Source of the DNA: an uncultured archaeon
Lineage (GTDB): Archaea > Asgardarchaeota > Thorarchaeia > Thorarchaeales > Thorarchaeaceae
Direction: 5' to 3'
NCBI GenBank assembly: GCA_964631415.1
Contig: CAZVZC010000005.1
Span: 18,084-82,083, forward strand
Length of the DNA stretch: 64,000 nucleotides
Positions 10,086 to 19,667 of this stretch are shown here, piece by piece. The notes below the pieces were generated by a model. That model was not told the DNA's origin, searched no databases, and saw only the letters and a list, made by a program, of their open reading frames with translations. The translations under genes were made by a program, and so were the position numbers. Position 1 is the stretch's first letter; the number at the start of each line of letters is the position of its first letter.

Positions 10086-11060
10086 ATGACGATTGCCATT
10101 CACGAGAGCGCGCTGATACGTCACTTCAACACCAGGAAGGAAACGTTGCGAGCTTGGGAAGAGAAGATTGGATGCCGGTTCTCGCCCTTCAGAGGGTTCA
10201 AGATGCCTGACTCGCGCCTGTATATCGAGCATCCTGATTTCTTGGATAGCATAGTCGACCTTGTCTTGACTAATGAGCGTCACATCTTCATTCGGGGACC
10301 TGTCGGTTCGGGGAAAAGCACACTCATGCTCTTGGCCCTGAGAGACCTGCCCACCCTCATGGACCGACGAGGAAACAGGTTTGTTGCGGGCTATGTCGGA
10401 ATGACGGGGCTGTATGAGAAACAAATGGCAGCTGCAATTGCAGATTCCTTGAGGGTGAAGTATAGGAGGTCATGGGAGACGAGCCAGATCATAGAAGCGA
10501 TCTCTGTCGAGAGTGTGCGCAGGTACATCGAGGAGAAATGTCGCACTGCGCTCTTCATAGAGGATGTTGCAGACAACCAAGAAGCGGCCTTTCATAAGAT
10601 ACGGTATCTTGCCGACCTTCCTACAGAGGAGATGAAGGATAGCTATGGGACTGCATTGGATGAACCGATTGTAACACTCATTATGAGTGGCACCATGGAG
10701 TACTGGAATGCTATGCTGAACTACCTTCCTCAGATAGCTGACAGGACCGAACCCTTGGATGTCCCGCCTTTTGATGATGCGAAAGCGAGGGAGTTCATAG
10801 CCCGTAGAGTTGCATATGCGCAAGGCAAGATTGACACCTTTGACAAGGACAACATTGACGTCTACCCCTTTACGGACGAGGCAGTGCGATGCATCAACGA
10901 AGCGGCGAAGGGCAATCCCAGGGACATACGGATGCTGGCGCGAGGATGTGAACAGGTAGCAGCCGAGGAATTCAGGAGAACAGGTGATCCGACGGTCGCT
11001 CAAAAGATTGCGGAGCTGGTAGCCGATGCATATGCTGTGATCCTCAAGGAGGTGCACTAG
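10086..11060 (+). CDS. AAA+ ATPase (ExeA/Cdc6-like fold, no C-terminal winged helix)
   Basis: Walker A GPVGSGKST, Walker B-like ALFIEDVA, IADR arginine finger, AKGNPRDI sensor-2. Confidence 0.85.
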   Translation: MTIAIHESALIRHFNTRKETLRAWEEKIGCRFSPFRGFKMPDSRLYIEHPDFLDSIVDLVLTNERHIFIRGPVGSGKSTLMLLALRDLPTLMDRRGNRFVAGYVGMTGLYEKQMAAAIADSLRVKYRRSWETSQIIEAISVESVRRYIEEKCRTALFIEDVADNQEAAFHKIRYLADLPTEEMKDSYGTALDEPIVTLIMSGTMEYWNAMLNYLPQIADRTEPLDVPPFDDAKAREFIARRVAYAQGKIDTFDKDNIDVYPFTDEAVRCINEAAKGNPRDIRMLARGCEQVAAEEFRRTGDPTVAQKIAELVADAYAVILKEVH

Positions 11061-11381
11061 TTGAGCGTACTTGGGAAGTACAGAAGAGAGGCGGACAGGG
11101 AAGAGGAGGAGAAACCTGAAGCGACTTCTAAGAGTCGAGAGAGTGAGAGAGGTAGTGTGGACAGAGGAAGAGAGGAAACGCCTAGACAGACAGAATCCGT
11201 ACCGAACAGAGACAGAAAGAGTCCAATAGTTTCCTTCTCCATACCCACCGACTTGAGAGCTTGCCTACAAGCAATAAGGAAGAATAAGGCAATCAATCTC
11301 AGCATGTGGGTAGAAAAGCAGCTTCGGAAGGCGATACTTGAAGAATTCCCGGGCATAGCAGAGAAGTACCTTGAATCATGA
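11061..11381 (+). CDS. Putative ribbon-helix-helix DNA-binding protein with disordered charged N-terminus
   Basis: TTG abuts the ATPase stop, GGAGGTG SD; C-terminal PIVSFSIPTDLRACLQAIRKNKAINLSMWVEKQLRKAI has a beta-alpha-alpha RHH pattern. Confidence 0.75.
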   Translation: MSVLGKYRREADREEEEKPEATSKSRESERGSVDRGREETPRQTESVPNRDRKSPIVSFSIPTDLRACLQAIRKNKAINLSMWVEKQLRKAILEEFPGIAEKYLES

Positions 11382-11444
11382 GTTCGATGGGTATGGCCCC
11401 CTCAAGTTCATCGATACGCTGAGCAGTCGAACCTCGGTTTCGTT

Positions 11445-12875
11445 TCACATTGTATTGTATGTGGCACGTTCCGGATACAGACTAGTGGAATCACTGTGCA
11501 TCTGGGCATATTCTACTGCTCGACTGATACACATGATGGCCAGTGCAGGATCATCATAACAGGGAATGTGGTGTGCTTCGAGCAACTCCTTCCCCGGTCG
11601 AGCCACATCACCGGCAAGCCACACTCCAACAACAGGTTTCTTTGTCCGAGATGTCCTGACTCCCTCCAATGTCCCTTCGGCATGTTCGATTTCTGTCATT
11701 CCTGCGAATGTTGGAACGGCACAAATCACAAGTAGGACGTCTACACTTCGGTCTCGGAGTGCAGACTCTGCTGCAATCTGGTACTCCCTCCTTCCTCCAG
11801 TGGCAACCACATCGATAGGGTTCTCGACTGAGGCAAGAGGAGATAGGACTTCGTGCAGTTCCCTACGAGTACTACTATTGAGTAAGGACAATGTGAGGTT
11901 CTGATCGGAAGCAGCATCTGCTGCTAGGACACCAGCACCTCCTGTATTACTAATAATACAAATCTTACGACCTGTCGGGAGTGGTTGATAATCAAAGAAC
12001 TTGCATATCTCAAGGAGCGTGTCAAGAGTGGGGGCAGTCACACAGCCCGCCTGTTGAATCATTCCAGTGAAGACCCCCGTAGATCCTGCAAGAGAGCCCG
12101 TATGTGACTTGACTGCCTTGCCGCCTTGTTCACTACGGCCCCCTTTCAGAATCACAACAGGTTTCTTCTCGGCGGTGTTGCGTAGTGACTCGAACACTGC
12201 ACGGCCATTACTGACGCCTTCCATGTACATGGCAATAACCGATGTACTGGAATCCTCGCCTAGGTAGTCCAGAATCTCCGTGAAGTCAACATCCGCCGCA
12301 TTTCCGATGCCTACAAACTTGTTGAGCCCGATGTTCTTAGTACGAGTGATATAGATGCAGACTCCACCAAGGGCTCCACTCTGAGAAACAAGAGATATAC
12401 GTCCACGCTCGGGCATGACAGTGAATGTACCATTGAACAGACGGCTGTTTGACACTCCGACACAGTTGGGACCAAGAAATCTAACACCTGCATCTTTGGC
12501 CGCCTTTACAAGAGTTTCCTCTATCTGCGCTCCTTCTGTGCCGGTTTCACCGAAACCTCCAGAGAATATGACTGCGTTCCGTGCACCGGCTCTTCGGATT
12601 TCATCCATCAGTCCTGGGCAGTGTTTGGCTTCTATAGCTACTAGCACTAGGTCGACAGGCTCTGGCAGATCCGCCAAGCTCCTGTACGCCATCATGCCTG
12701 CAACACTGCCACCGCTACGTGTCACTGGATACACCCTGACTTTCGAAGTCAAGAGATTCATGAGAATTGAATTGCCGAGCTTTCGCGGATCTGATGATGC
12801 ACCAACAAGAGCAATCTTGCGAGGATTGAAGAAAAGATCCATGACACCTGTTGGTTTACCCTCAGTGACAGTCAT
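11445..12875 (-). CDS. acdA: Acetate/acyl-CoA ligase (ADP-forming) alpha subunit
   Basis: CoA-binding ALVGAS, LGPNCVG, SQSGAL, phospho-His SHTGSLAG, NPID. Confidence 0.93.
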   Translation of the reverse strand: MTVTEGKPTGVMDLFFNPRKIALVGASSDPRKLGNSILMNLLTSKVRVYPVTRSGGSVAGMMAYRSLADLPEPVDLVLVAIEAKHCPGLMDEIRRAGARNAVIFSGGFGETGTEGAQIEETLVKAAKDAGVRFLGPNCVGVSNSRLFNGTFTVMPERGRISLVSQSGALGGVCIYITRTKNIGLNKFVGIGNAADVDFTEILDYLGEDSSTSVIAMYMEGVSNGRAVFESLRNTAEKKPVVILKGGRSEQGGKAVKSHTGSLAGSTGVFTGMIQQAGCVTAPTLDTLLEICKFFDYQPLPTGRKICIISNTGGAGVLAADAASDQNLTLSLLNSSTRRELHEVLSPLASVENPIDVVATGGRREYQIAAESALRDRSVDVLLVICAVPTFAGMTEIEHAEGTLEGVRTSRTKKPVVGVWLAGDVARPGKELLEAHHIPCYDDPALAIMCISRAVEYAQMHSDSTSLYPERATYNTM

Positions 12876-12937
12876 GTACGGTTCCAGATAGGAACTCGAT
12901 TTATGTCTAACTAGAAAGGTCTGTCATACTATTATTA

Positions 12938-14284
12938 CTAGTAATACCGACTCATTGGATCCTTTGGCATTCTCTGATAGACTCGTTTCAGTCTGTTTCG
13001 GTTTGGACGCCCTGAACGCAGGGTGATGTGTATCATGTATCTTGCTTCGGGACTCTTCTTCACTATGTTCTCTAGAGCCGACACTGAGGTGTCCAGTATC
13101 TCTCTTGTTCTTGTGTTGCACGCTATGTCGATGAGTACAGAAACCGCAGATTCGTGATAGAAGCCGCTTAGAGCGACAACTGCGGGTGTGACTACCCGGG
13201 CATCATCCATCTTGGCTAGCTTTCCAAGTATGGCAACAGACTCCTCCGTCCTGATTACGATATGGCTGTTGATGCAGTAGACTAGCTTACGGTAGTCCTC
13301 ACTCGACTCTGTGGTTTCGTAGGCTGCAATCTGACTGTCAAGTAGTGCGTTCAGCGTGAGTACGGCATGTCTGCTGCCAAGGGACCGAAGAACCTCTTGA
13401 TCTTGGTCAATGATTGATGCTAGAAGAAGATTGTACAAGCAATTCGATGGTGTGGCATATTCTCGGGGTCCTAGTGGCCCAGAGTCATTGCACCAGTCAG
13501 ACTGCGTACCGAGCATTCTCTGTATTACGGGCAATACAGTAGCCTCGCTCAGAGGAAGTTGCTTGCCCTTGACACCCAGTTCGGCCAGAACTCTGCGTGC
13601 GATTTCTGTCGACCACAGGGATGCGATATCTATGGTGTCGCCGCATATGACAGGCTTCATTCTCTTCAGCTCAATGTCCCTCATCGTTTCGAACGCCAAT
13701 TGCATGTCTGGCCTGCAATCACTGATGGCCAGTGATTGGTCGAAGAAGAAAGATTCACTTGAGGTGATTTGTTCGACAGCAAGCTGGCAGACTCGTTCTG
13801 AGAAATGCAATGAAGCTGCAACCATCGATGCTTCCCCTCCCAGGTCGCTGAGTAGGGCTGCAGTGTCAATATTGACAGGTTCGAGTCCAGTGCACGAAAA
13901 GAGACCGAATACCATTTCTCGATACTTCAGGGGTTCGAGCCGAGTACGACAACTGCCCGGGCTGACTGGAAGCGAATAGTCCATCTCGGCCGCCCGTTTC
14001 AGGAGTTGCAGTGCGGCAGGCCAACCAAGTTCGCGTTCCGTCGCAGCAGTGATATCGAGCAGGTCTCTACTTCTTCTCTCAGCTATTGCATCAACGAACT
14101 CCTGCAGCCGTACTCGATCCTCGGCCGCTCTGGCACGCTCGGCGCTTGCCTTGAGAATCCAGCTGTGATCATCGTGCTGTGTCAAGTCAATCACTGCATA
14201 GCCCAAGTTCGAATTCGTCATCGACCGTGAGTGAATAAGACTTTGTCCTGTGCCTTTCGCAGGTCGACAAGGGCGGCTGGACAA
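12938..14284 (-). CDS. Hypothetical alpha-helical protein with HEAT-like C-terminus (start possibly 14221)
   Basis: 448-aa ORF; C-terminal VVTPAVVALSGFYHESAVSVLIDIA resembles a HEAT/PBS repeat. Confidence 0.7.
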   Translation of the reverse strand: MSSRPCRPAKGTGQSLIHSRSMTNSNLGYAVIDLTQHDDHSWILKASAERARAAEDRVRLQEFVDAIAERRSRDLLDITAATERELGWPAALQLLKRAAEMDYSLPVSPGSCRTRLEPLKYREMVFGLFSCTGLEPVNIDTAALLSDLGGEASMVAASLHFSERVCQLAVEQITSSESFFFDQSLAISDCRPDMQLAFETMRDIELKRMKPVICGDTIDIASLWSTEIARRVLAELGVKGKQLPLSEATVLPVIQRMLGTQSDWCNDSGPLGPREYATPSNCLYNLLLASIIDQDQEVLRSLGSRHAVLTLNALLDSQIAAYETTESSEDYRKLVYCINSHIVIRTEESVAILGKLAKMDDARVVTPAVVALSGFYHESAVSVLIDIACNTRTREILDTSVSALENIVKKSPEARYMIHITLRSGRPNRNRLKRVYQRMPKDPMSRYY

Positions 14285-14288
14285 GTGG

Positions 14289-14333
14289 ATGATACTGTCA
14301 CAAGTGTGTACACTGTCACATGAACAGTGCCAT
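14289..14333. promoter_or_regulatory. Tandem ACTGTCAC palindrome-like sites
   Basis: ATGATACTGTCAC (14289), TGTACACTGTCAC (14307), degenerate inverted copy at 14321; first matches the 10051 site at 12/13. Confidence 0.5.
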
Positions 14334-14695
14334 GTTGTCTTGGATCTCGAAACGAGCCATTCAGCCTGAGAAACTATGCGTTCTAGGATTAGAACTATGT
14401 ATTCCTGCGTAGTTACCTATAGTGAGTGTGTCGTGCTAGTAACGACTCGTTACAGTACTCTTTCACAGGGCTCACTTGAGCGTCCGTCAGAGGAATCTCT
14501 ATCTCCTCAAAACAAGCATACCTCTAAGAGCGTCCGATGTCGGCACGAGCGAGTCCGTGAGATCAGCGTCCACTGAATTCCAGTGCTGTCGCTGATGGCA
14601 CGACGCACTCGAGTTTTTCCGCATGGCGAAGTCCGAAAGTGACACGAATGTATTGTGATACCTGTATTACCAGAGTGCCAGCCGCTGTTTGCCCG

Positions 14696-15259
14696 CTAGC
14701 TGCTCCAATTCGGGTCTTCTCTGATGCGAGAGAGCACTGATTTCAGAGACAGTGGAGATGATACCTCTTCCAAAGCAGACAAGACTGTTCGCTCAGCCGC
14801 TTTGTAGCTCTCAGCATCTTCGCTCGTCAGATGTCCTTTACCTGCCAGCACATCACGTACTTTTCTGTAGTCGCCGATTTTCGCGGCTATCTCTTCAAAG
14901 GGCCTGAAGACTGTGAATTCGAACAGACCCAGATATCCTAGGAGCAACATAGTGTATAGACACCTGGTTACATTCGTTCGTGCCTGCTGAAGAGTCCTGT
15001 TGAAAGCGCCTCGTGACACTCCAGTCGACTGATTTTGGCCCCTAGAACGGAAGGATGCCTTCTCCTCGTAAGGTATATGCGTCCCAAGGGTGTCTTCTAC
15101 AACTAGGTCAATCAGGAGAGTTTCGAGCTGTGAGTCTGTGAGATTCGACCCCTTGAGCAAGACCCTGAGTATGGGCTCTTTCAATACCTGTCTTGCGCCG
15201 GATGATGCTCTTTTTGCAGCCCTTGCACCCCTGTCGGCTTCAGTCTGATCAGGATTCAT
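14696..15259 (-). CDS. Conserved archaeal hypothetical protein, probable HTH
   Basis: LTDSQLETLL...GVSRGAFNRTLQQAR..V...LYTMLLLGYLG pattern recalled from uncharacterised TACK/Asgard proteins; AAGGAG SD before ATG 15259. Confidence 0.75.
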   Translation of the reverse strand: MNPDQTEADRGARAAKRASSGARQVLKEPILRVLLKGSNLTDSQLETLLIDLVVEDTLGTHIPYEEKASFRSRGQNQSTGVSRGAFNRTLQQARTNVTRCLYTMLLLGYLGLFEFTVFRPFEEIAAKIGDYRKVRDVLAGKGHLTSEDAESYKAAERTVLSALEEVSSPLSLKSVLSRIREDPNWSS

Positions 15260-15732
15260 GAGATTGAACTCCTTTTTTTGAAAACGGGACCAAACGGCCC
15301 CCCAAGGTCGAATTGGATGTCTACGATGTCTTTCAAGACATGCGACAATCAATCGACCAAGCGGATACAAATCCGTATACGGCATCGATAGTTGTATGCC
15401 CTTAACATAAATGCTTCTAGCCTACCGGCATTCTCGAACCGTTCTTTGTTGGTTGGGCAAAATCGGGCGCAAGAGTCTTTGCGCTCGTAGAAGAAGCACT
15501 ATGATTACATATTGTAGGATGGTTCCTGTCGGGATAAACTCTGAGAGGAGTCTACTCAGGAGATACTCAAGCCGGTACTGAACAGTGTCGAAGGCAGTCC
15601 GAACTTTACGCGGCTGGCACACCTTCTTCCGATCACAATCTGACATAGGTTCTGAGTGAAAGGTGATGATGCATTGTAGCTGGGAGCTCACGACAGGGAA
15701 TGCATTCTGCAGTGATATCGCTTCGACAGACT

Positions 15733-16149
15733 TCATCTTCCACTGAGTGTCCACTCCGAACCTAGCGGTATCGGCACAAATCCGAGAATCAGATTCCCCC
15801 GGATCTCGTCAAACTTGAAGACGCCGAGTAGATGGTTTCCAGATGTGGTGTCCCATTCCACCCACCCTCTACTCAGGTAGTATTGGAACACATTTCTACA
15901 CTGTTTTCGTACTGATGAGAAAAGCTGTCGATAGCGTCTTCGTTGCGAAGGGCGGATGCCCCACCTACTGAGAATGAAACGATTGGCAAGACCATTGCTT
16001 GAAACAAGCACTGGCTTTCTTCCCTTCGGCTGAGTTACGATGATTCTCTGAAGGGCCTCGTGAAGACACTCTGGCACCGCAGCTAGGATGGACGGAGTCG
16101 GGCTGGGATCTCTAAACAGTGAACGATTCTGCTCAGTGGACGTGGACAC
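15733..16149 (-). CDS. Basic hypothetical protein, possible winged helix
   Basis: 138 aa, Arg-rich helices followed by a beta-hairpin-like GVFKFDEIRGNLILGFV. Confidence 0.65.
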   Translation of the reverse strand: MSTSTEQNRSLFRDPSPTPSILAAVPECLHEALQRIIVTQPKGRKPVLVSSNGLANRFILSRWGIRPSQRRRYRQLFSSVRKQCRNVFQYYLSRGWVEWDTTSGNHLLGVFKFDEIRGNLILGFVPIPLGSEWTLSGR

Positions 16150-16221
16150 TTTGGATCATCAATCAGTATGATGCGCCTCTTATGAGCGCCTATATTCTCA
16201 ATAGCATGACATAGGTCTTCA

Positions 16222-16401
16222 ACAGCTGCCTAGAAGGTGGGCAGTCTTGGACATTTTCGAGTAGGGGCTTAAATAGCTCGAACCAGACGTTTCTTCGAGG
16301 CTGACTCGACACATTCCAGCCACAAGGAGTACGACCCCAGTGCCGTTTCTGGGAATACAAAGACTCCTGTGTCTAACTTTGTCCAACTAACAATGAACGG
16401 T
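16222..16401 (-). repeat. Dispersed intergenic repeat, copy A
   Basis: Reverse complement of 16335-16401 matches 63934-64000 at 62/67 nt; aligns with 51275-51454 over about 180 bp. Confidence 0.88.
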
Positions 16402-16619
16402 TTCGTCTAGACTACTTACTGCAGGTTGGACAGAGTTGGATACAGTGAACTCTGCCCAATCCATGAGCGGCTGTCGCATACCTCGCATTTGCATCGTGAT
16501 ACTGGTAATGTTAGTAATACAACAGAGTAGACGCGGGCTCCAATCTATCTGTATGCAGGTTTGACGCTTCATTGAGTTAATATCGACTGGTGTATCCTCC
16601 GGCGGTAGGGCTCCTGAAC

Positions 16620-18995
16620 TTGAAACAAAGAGCGGACATTCATGTCGCAGGCGTCGTTCAAGGAGTAGGATTTCGGCCCTTTGTGTATCGTCTTGCCACC
16701 AGCATGGGCTTGGTCGGCTATGTACTGAACCTCGGGACTTCGGGGGTTCGGATTGTAGCAGAGGGGGAAAGAAATTGTATCGAGCATCTGGTCAGTGAGA
16801 TAAAGTCACATCCGCCATCAGTTTCTAGAATCGACTCCATCCAGATCGACTGGGCAGAACCAAGGAACGATTTTTCAGACTTTTCAATCGAGAAGTCATC
16901 AGCAGCCAGAACCGACTCTTCAGCCCTTGAGATCCCTCCCGACATCGCCACATGCAATGAATGTGTCCAAGATTTGATGAACCCGGACTCACGCTGGTAT
17001 ATGTATCCGTTCACATCGTGTTCTGCCTGTGGACCTAGGTTCTCTACGATAGTAGAGCTCCCATATGACAGGCCCAATACTACTATGAGCGATTTCCCTC
17101 TTTGTACCAAATGCGGAACCGAATACTCAGAGCCTCGAAACCGTCGATATCATGCACAGACCACTGCATGCCAATCGTGCGGGCCCGCATATCGTCTGGT
17201 GAATTCACGTGGCAAGGATGAAGGAACAAGCAACCCAATAGCTACTGCCTCAGATTTGATTGCGAGAGGAGCAATAATCGCAGTCCAGGGAATCTCTGGA
17301 ACGCATCTCGTGACAAAGACTACTGATCCCGAGCCATTGCAGGAGTTGAGAAGAAGAAAAAGAAGGTCACAGAGGCCGTTTGCAATAATGGTGAGGAACC
17401 TTCGAACTCTGTCGGCTCTTTTCGCTGTTTCTGACCAAGAAGCTGAACTTCTCTCGTCTTGGCGCAAGCCCGTGGTCTTGGTGAGAAAACCAGCAGAGCC
17501 GTCAGTTGTGAATCCGGCCTCTAGAACGACCGTATCAGGTGTAATACCAACGGAGGTTCTCGAAGCGATCTCGCCGGGTTTAGACACAGTGGGAGTGATG
17601 TTGCCTTACTCACCTATACACCATCTTCTCTTCCATTATCTGGACGAACCAGCACTTGTCATGACAAGCGCAAATCCAACAGGCGTGCCTATGTACATTA
17701 ATCCTGATACAATCATTTCAGAACTCGGGAACGTTGCTGATGGGTTCTTGGTTCACAATAGAAGAATTCACCAGAGAGCAGATGACTCCGTGGTCAAGTT
17801 CGTCGGAAACATTCCGGTGTTCATACGGAGAGGACGGGGGTATGTGCCGGAACCACTTGAGTTGGATGATCATTTTAGCACGACTCAGGTTGTAGCTTTA
17901 GGTCCCGAAGAGAAGACCACGGGAGCAGTCCTGAAATCTGACAAGATCTACATGACTCAACATATAGGAGACACTGACAGGACAGAAAACGTTGAGTTTC
18001 TTTGGAACGCTTTGAAACACCTCATGCAGTTAGCTGGAGTGACCAGACCTGATACGGTTGCTTGCGATCTCCACCCCGAGTTCCTAACTACAGATTTCGG
18101 CAGAGAGATAGCGACGGAATACGAAGTGCCGCTCATCCAAGTTCAGCATCACCATGCTCATATGGCATCACTGGTTGTCGACCGTCGAGTTCCTACTGAC
18201 ACTTCTATTACTTGTATTACCATGGATGGGTATGGCTACGCGCCTGACCGAACAGCTTGGGGGGGTGAAGTGTTGATCGGTGGCCTCATGGCGGCAAAGA
18301 AGTATGGAGGTCTCAAGCCGCAGAAGTATATAGGAGGAAACCTGTCTGCGAGGTATGCAGTCAGAGCTCTAATGGGGATAATTGGGACTGCTCTTGACTA
18401 CGGTCAGGTTGTTGAAATGATGGGTGGTGCTAGCGTCGCACCGAATGTAGCCGTCAGTAGTGAGAGCTTATCCATGCTCGCGGAAGCACAGAACAAAGGA
18501 CTGAATGTTATTGTGAGCACAAGCGCTGGGAGATATCTCGATGCTGTGGCAGCGGCTCTAGGAGTGTGTTATGAGAATACCTATGATGGTGAGTGCCCCA
18601 TGAAGCTTGAGGCAATAGCCCGAGAAACAGACTTCAGGATTAATGCGGAGTATCATACTGGACACGGTTCACTTGAGTTGGACACCACAACATCGTTAGA
18701 TCAAGTATTCCAATTGAGGAAAAGGGGAGTCCCGATTCCAGAGATTGCATATGCGGCGCAGTGGCATCTGGGAGAAGCCTTGGCAGAGATTGCATGCACG
18801 GTTTCAAAAGGCGAAGGTGTGGAAGCTATTGGCCTTTCGGGCGGAGTAGCCGTCAACCGGATCATCACAATGGCAGCGCTTACTCGCATCGCGCGAGAAA
18901 AACTCCAGCCGTTGATTCACATGAGTATTCCGCCAGGAGACGGCGGCATTTCGGTTGGTCAAGCTGCTGTAGCCGCATGGAAGTCGCTCCACTGA
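16620..18995 (+). CDS. hypF: Carbamoyltransferase HypF
   Basis: Acylphosphatase GVVQGVGFRPFVY, two Zn fingers, HHHAH, PPGDGGISVGQ. Confidence 0.97.
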   Translation: MKQRADIHVAGVVQGVGFRPFVYRLATSMGLVGYVLNLGTSGVRIVAEGERNCIEHLVSEIKSHPPSVSRIDSIQIDWAEPRNDFSDFSIEKSSAARTDSSALEIPPDIATCNECVQDLMNPDSRWYMYPFTSCSACGPRFSTIVELPYDRPNTTMSDFPLCTKCGTEYSEPRNRRYHAQTTACQSCGPAYRLVNSRGKDEGTSNPIATASDLIARGAIIAVQGISGTHLVTKTTDPEPLQELRRRKRRSQRPFAIMVRNLRTLSALFAVSDQEAELLSSWRKPVVLVRKPAEPSVVNPASRTTVSGVIPTEVLEAISPGLDTVGVMLPYSPIHHLLFHYLDEPALVMTSANPTGVPMYINPDTIISELGNVADGFLVHNRRIHQRADDSVVKFVGNIPVFIRRGRGYVPEPLELDDHFSTTQVVALGPEEKTTGAVLKSDKIYMTQHIGDTDRTENVEFLWNALKHLMQLAGVTRPDTVACDLHPEFLTTDFGREIATEYEVPLIQVQHHHAHMASLVVDRRVPTDTSITCITMDGYGYAPDRTAWGGEVLIGGLMAAKKYGGLKPQKYIGGNLSARYAVRALMGIIGTALDYGQVVEMMGGASVAPNVAVSSESLSMLAEAQNKGLNVIVSTSAGRYLDAVAAALGVCYENTYDGECPMKLEAIARETDFRINAEYHTGHGSLELDTTTSLDQVFQLRKRGVPIPEIAYAAQWHLGEALAEIACTVSKGEGVEAIGLSGGVAVNRIITMAALTRIAREKLQPLIHMSIPPGDGGISVGQAAVAAWKSLH

Positions 18996-19036
18996 TTGCA
19001 AGAGCGAACCGTGAGAACATTCAACCGGCTCGACTT

Positions 19037-19666
19037 CTAGTAGCTCAGCTTCTCCTTCACCATTGAGTAACCAAGGTTGAAGGCGCGGACGTTCATCTCT
19101 TCAAACTTTCCGGGAAAGCTGTCACGTGCGGATTCGAGAGCCGTATCTCTGCTGATTGGTGTCATTCCTGAAGCGATAGCTGCACCGAACAAGACCATGT
19201 TTAAGGAACCTTCAGTGCCTGCTGTCTTCGCCAAGTCTGAAGCGTCAAACTCAAGGATGTTGTCTGTGAACTTCCGTATCAAGGCAAGAACCGATTCACG
19301 CTTTGGATATTCAATCTGACCCATTGAAACAGCAACGGGCATCTGAATATGCGAATTCAGAATGACCAGACCTTCGGGCGCAACTAAGTGGATCTCCCTT
19401 AGTGTTTCGATGGGTTCGAAACCTAGTATCAGTTGAGCACTGCCAGCGTCTACAATGGGGCCCATTGCACAAGGACCTATTCTTACAGTGCATGTAACGT
19501 GACCTCCTCTTTGAGCCATACCATGTATCTCGCCAACCCTGACATTGTGCCCATCGAACATAGCAGCTCTTGCCATCATGTCAGCGAGTGTGAGAACACC
19601 TTGGCCACCCACCCCGGTGAGCACTATGTTCATGATGGATGCAGTATTACAATTCGTACGTTTCAT
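19037..19666 (-). CDS. iorB: Indolepyruvate:ferredoxin oxidoreductase beta subunit
   Basis: GVGGQGVL, EIHGMAQRGG, NMVLFGA, NVRAFNLG. Confidence 0.95.
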   Translation of the reverse strand: MKRTNCNTASIMNIVLTGVGGQGVLTLADMMARAAMFDGHNVRVGEIHGMAQRGGHVTCTVRIGPCAMGPIVDAGSAQLILGFEPIETLREIHLVAPEGLVILNSHIQMPVAVSMGQIEYPKRESVLALIRKFTDNILEFDASDLAKTAGTEGSLNMVLFGAAIASGMTPISRDTALESARDSFPGKFEEMNVRAFNLGYSMVKEKLSY

Positions 19667-19667
19667 G

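Noticed and set aside
15422-15754. 110-aa ORF downstream of 15733-16149
   Set aside because: No motif or clear start signal; cannot be supported as coding
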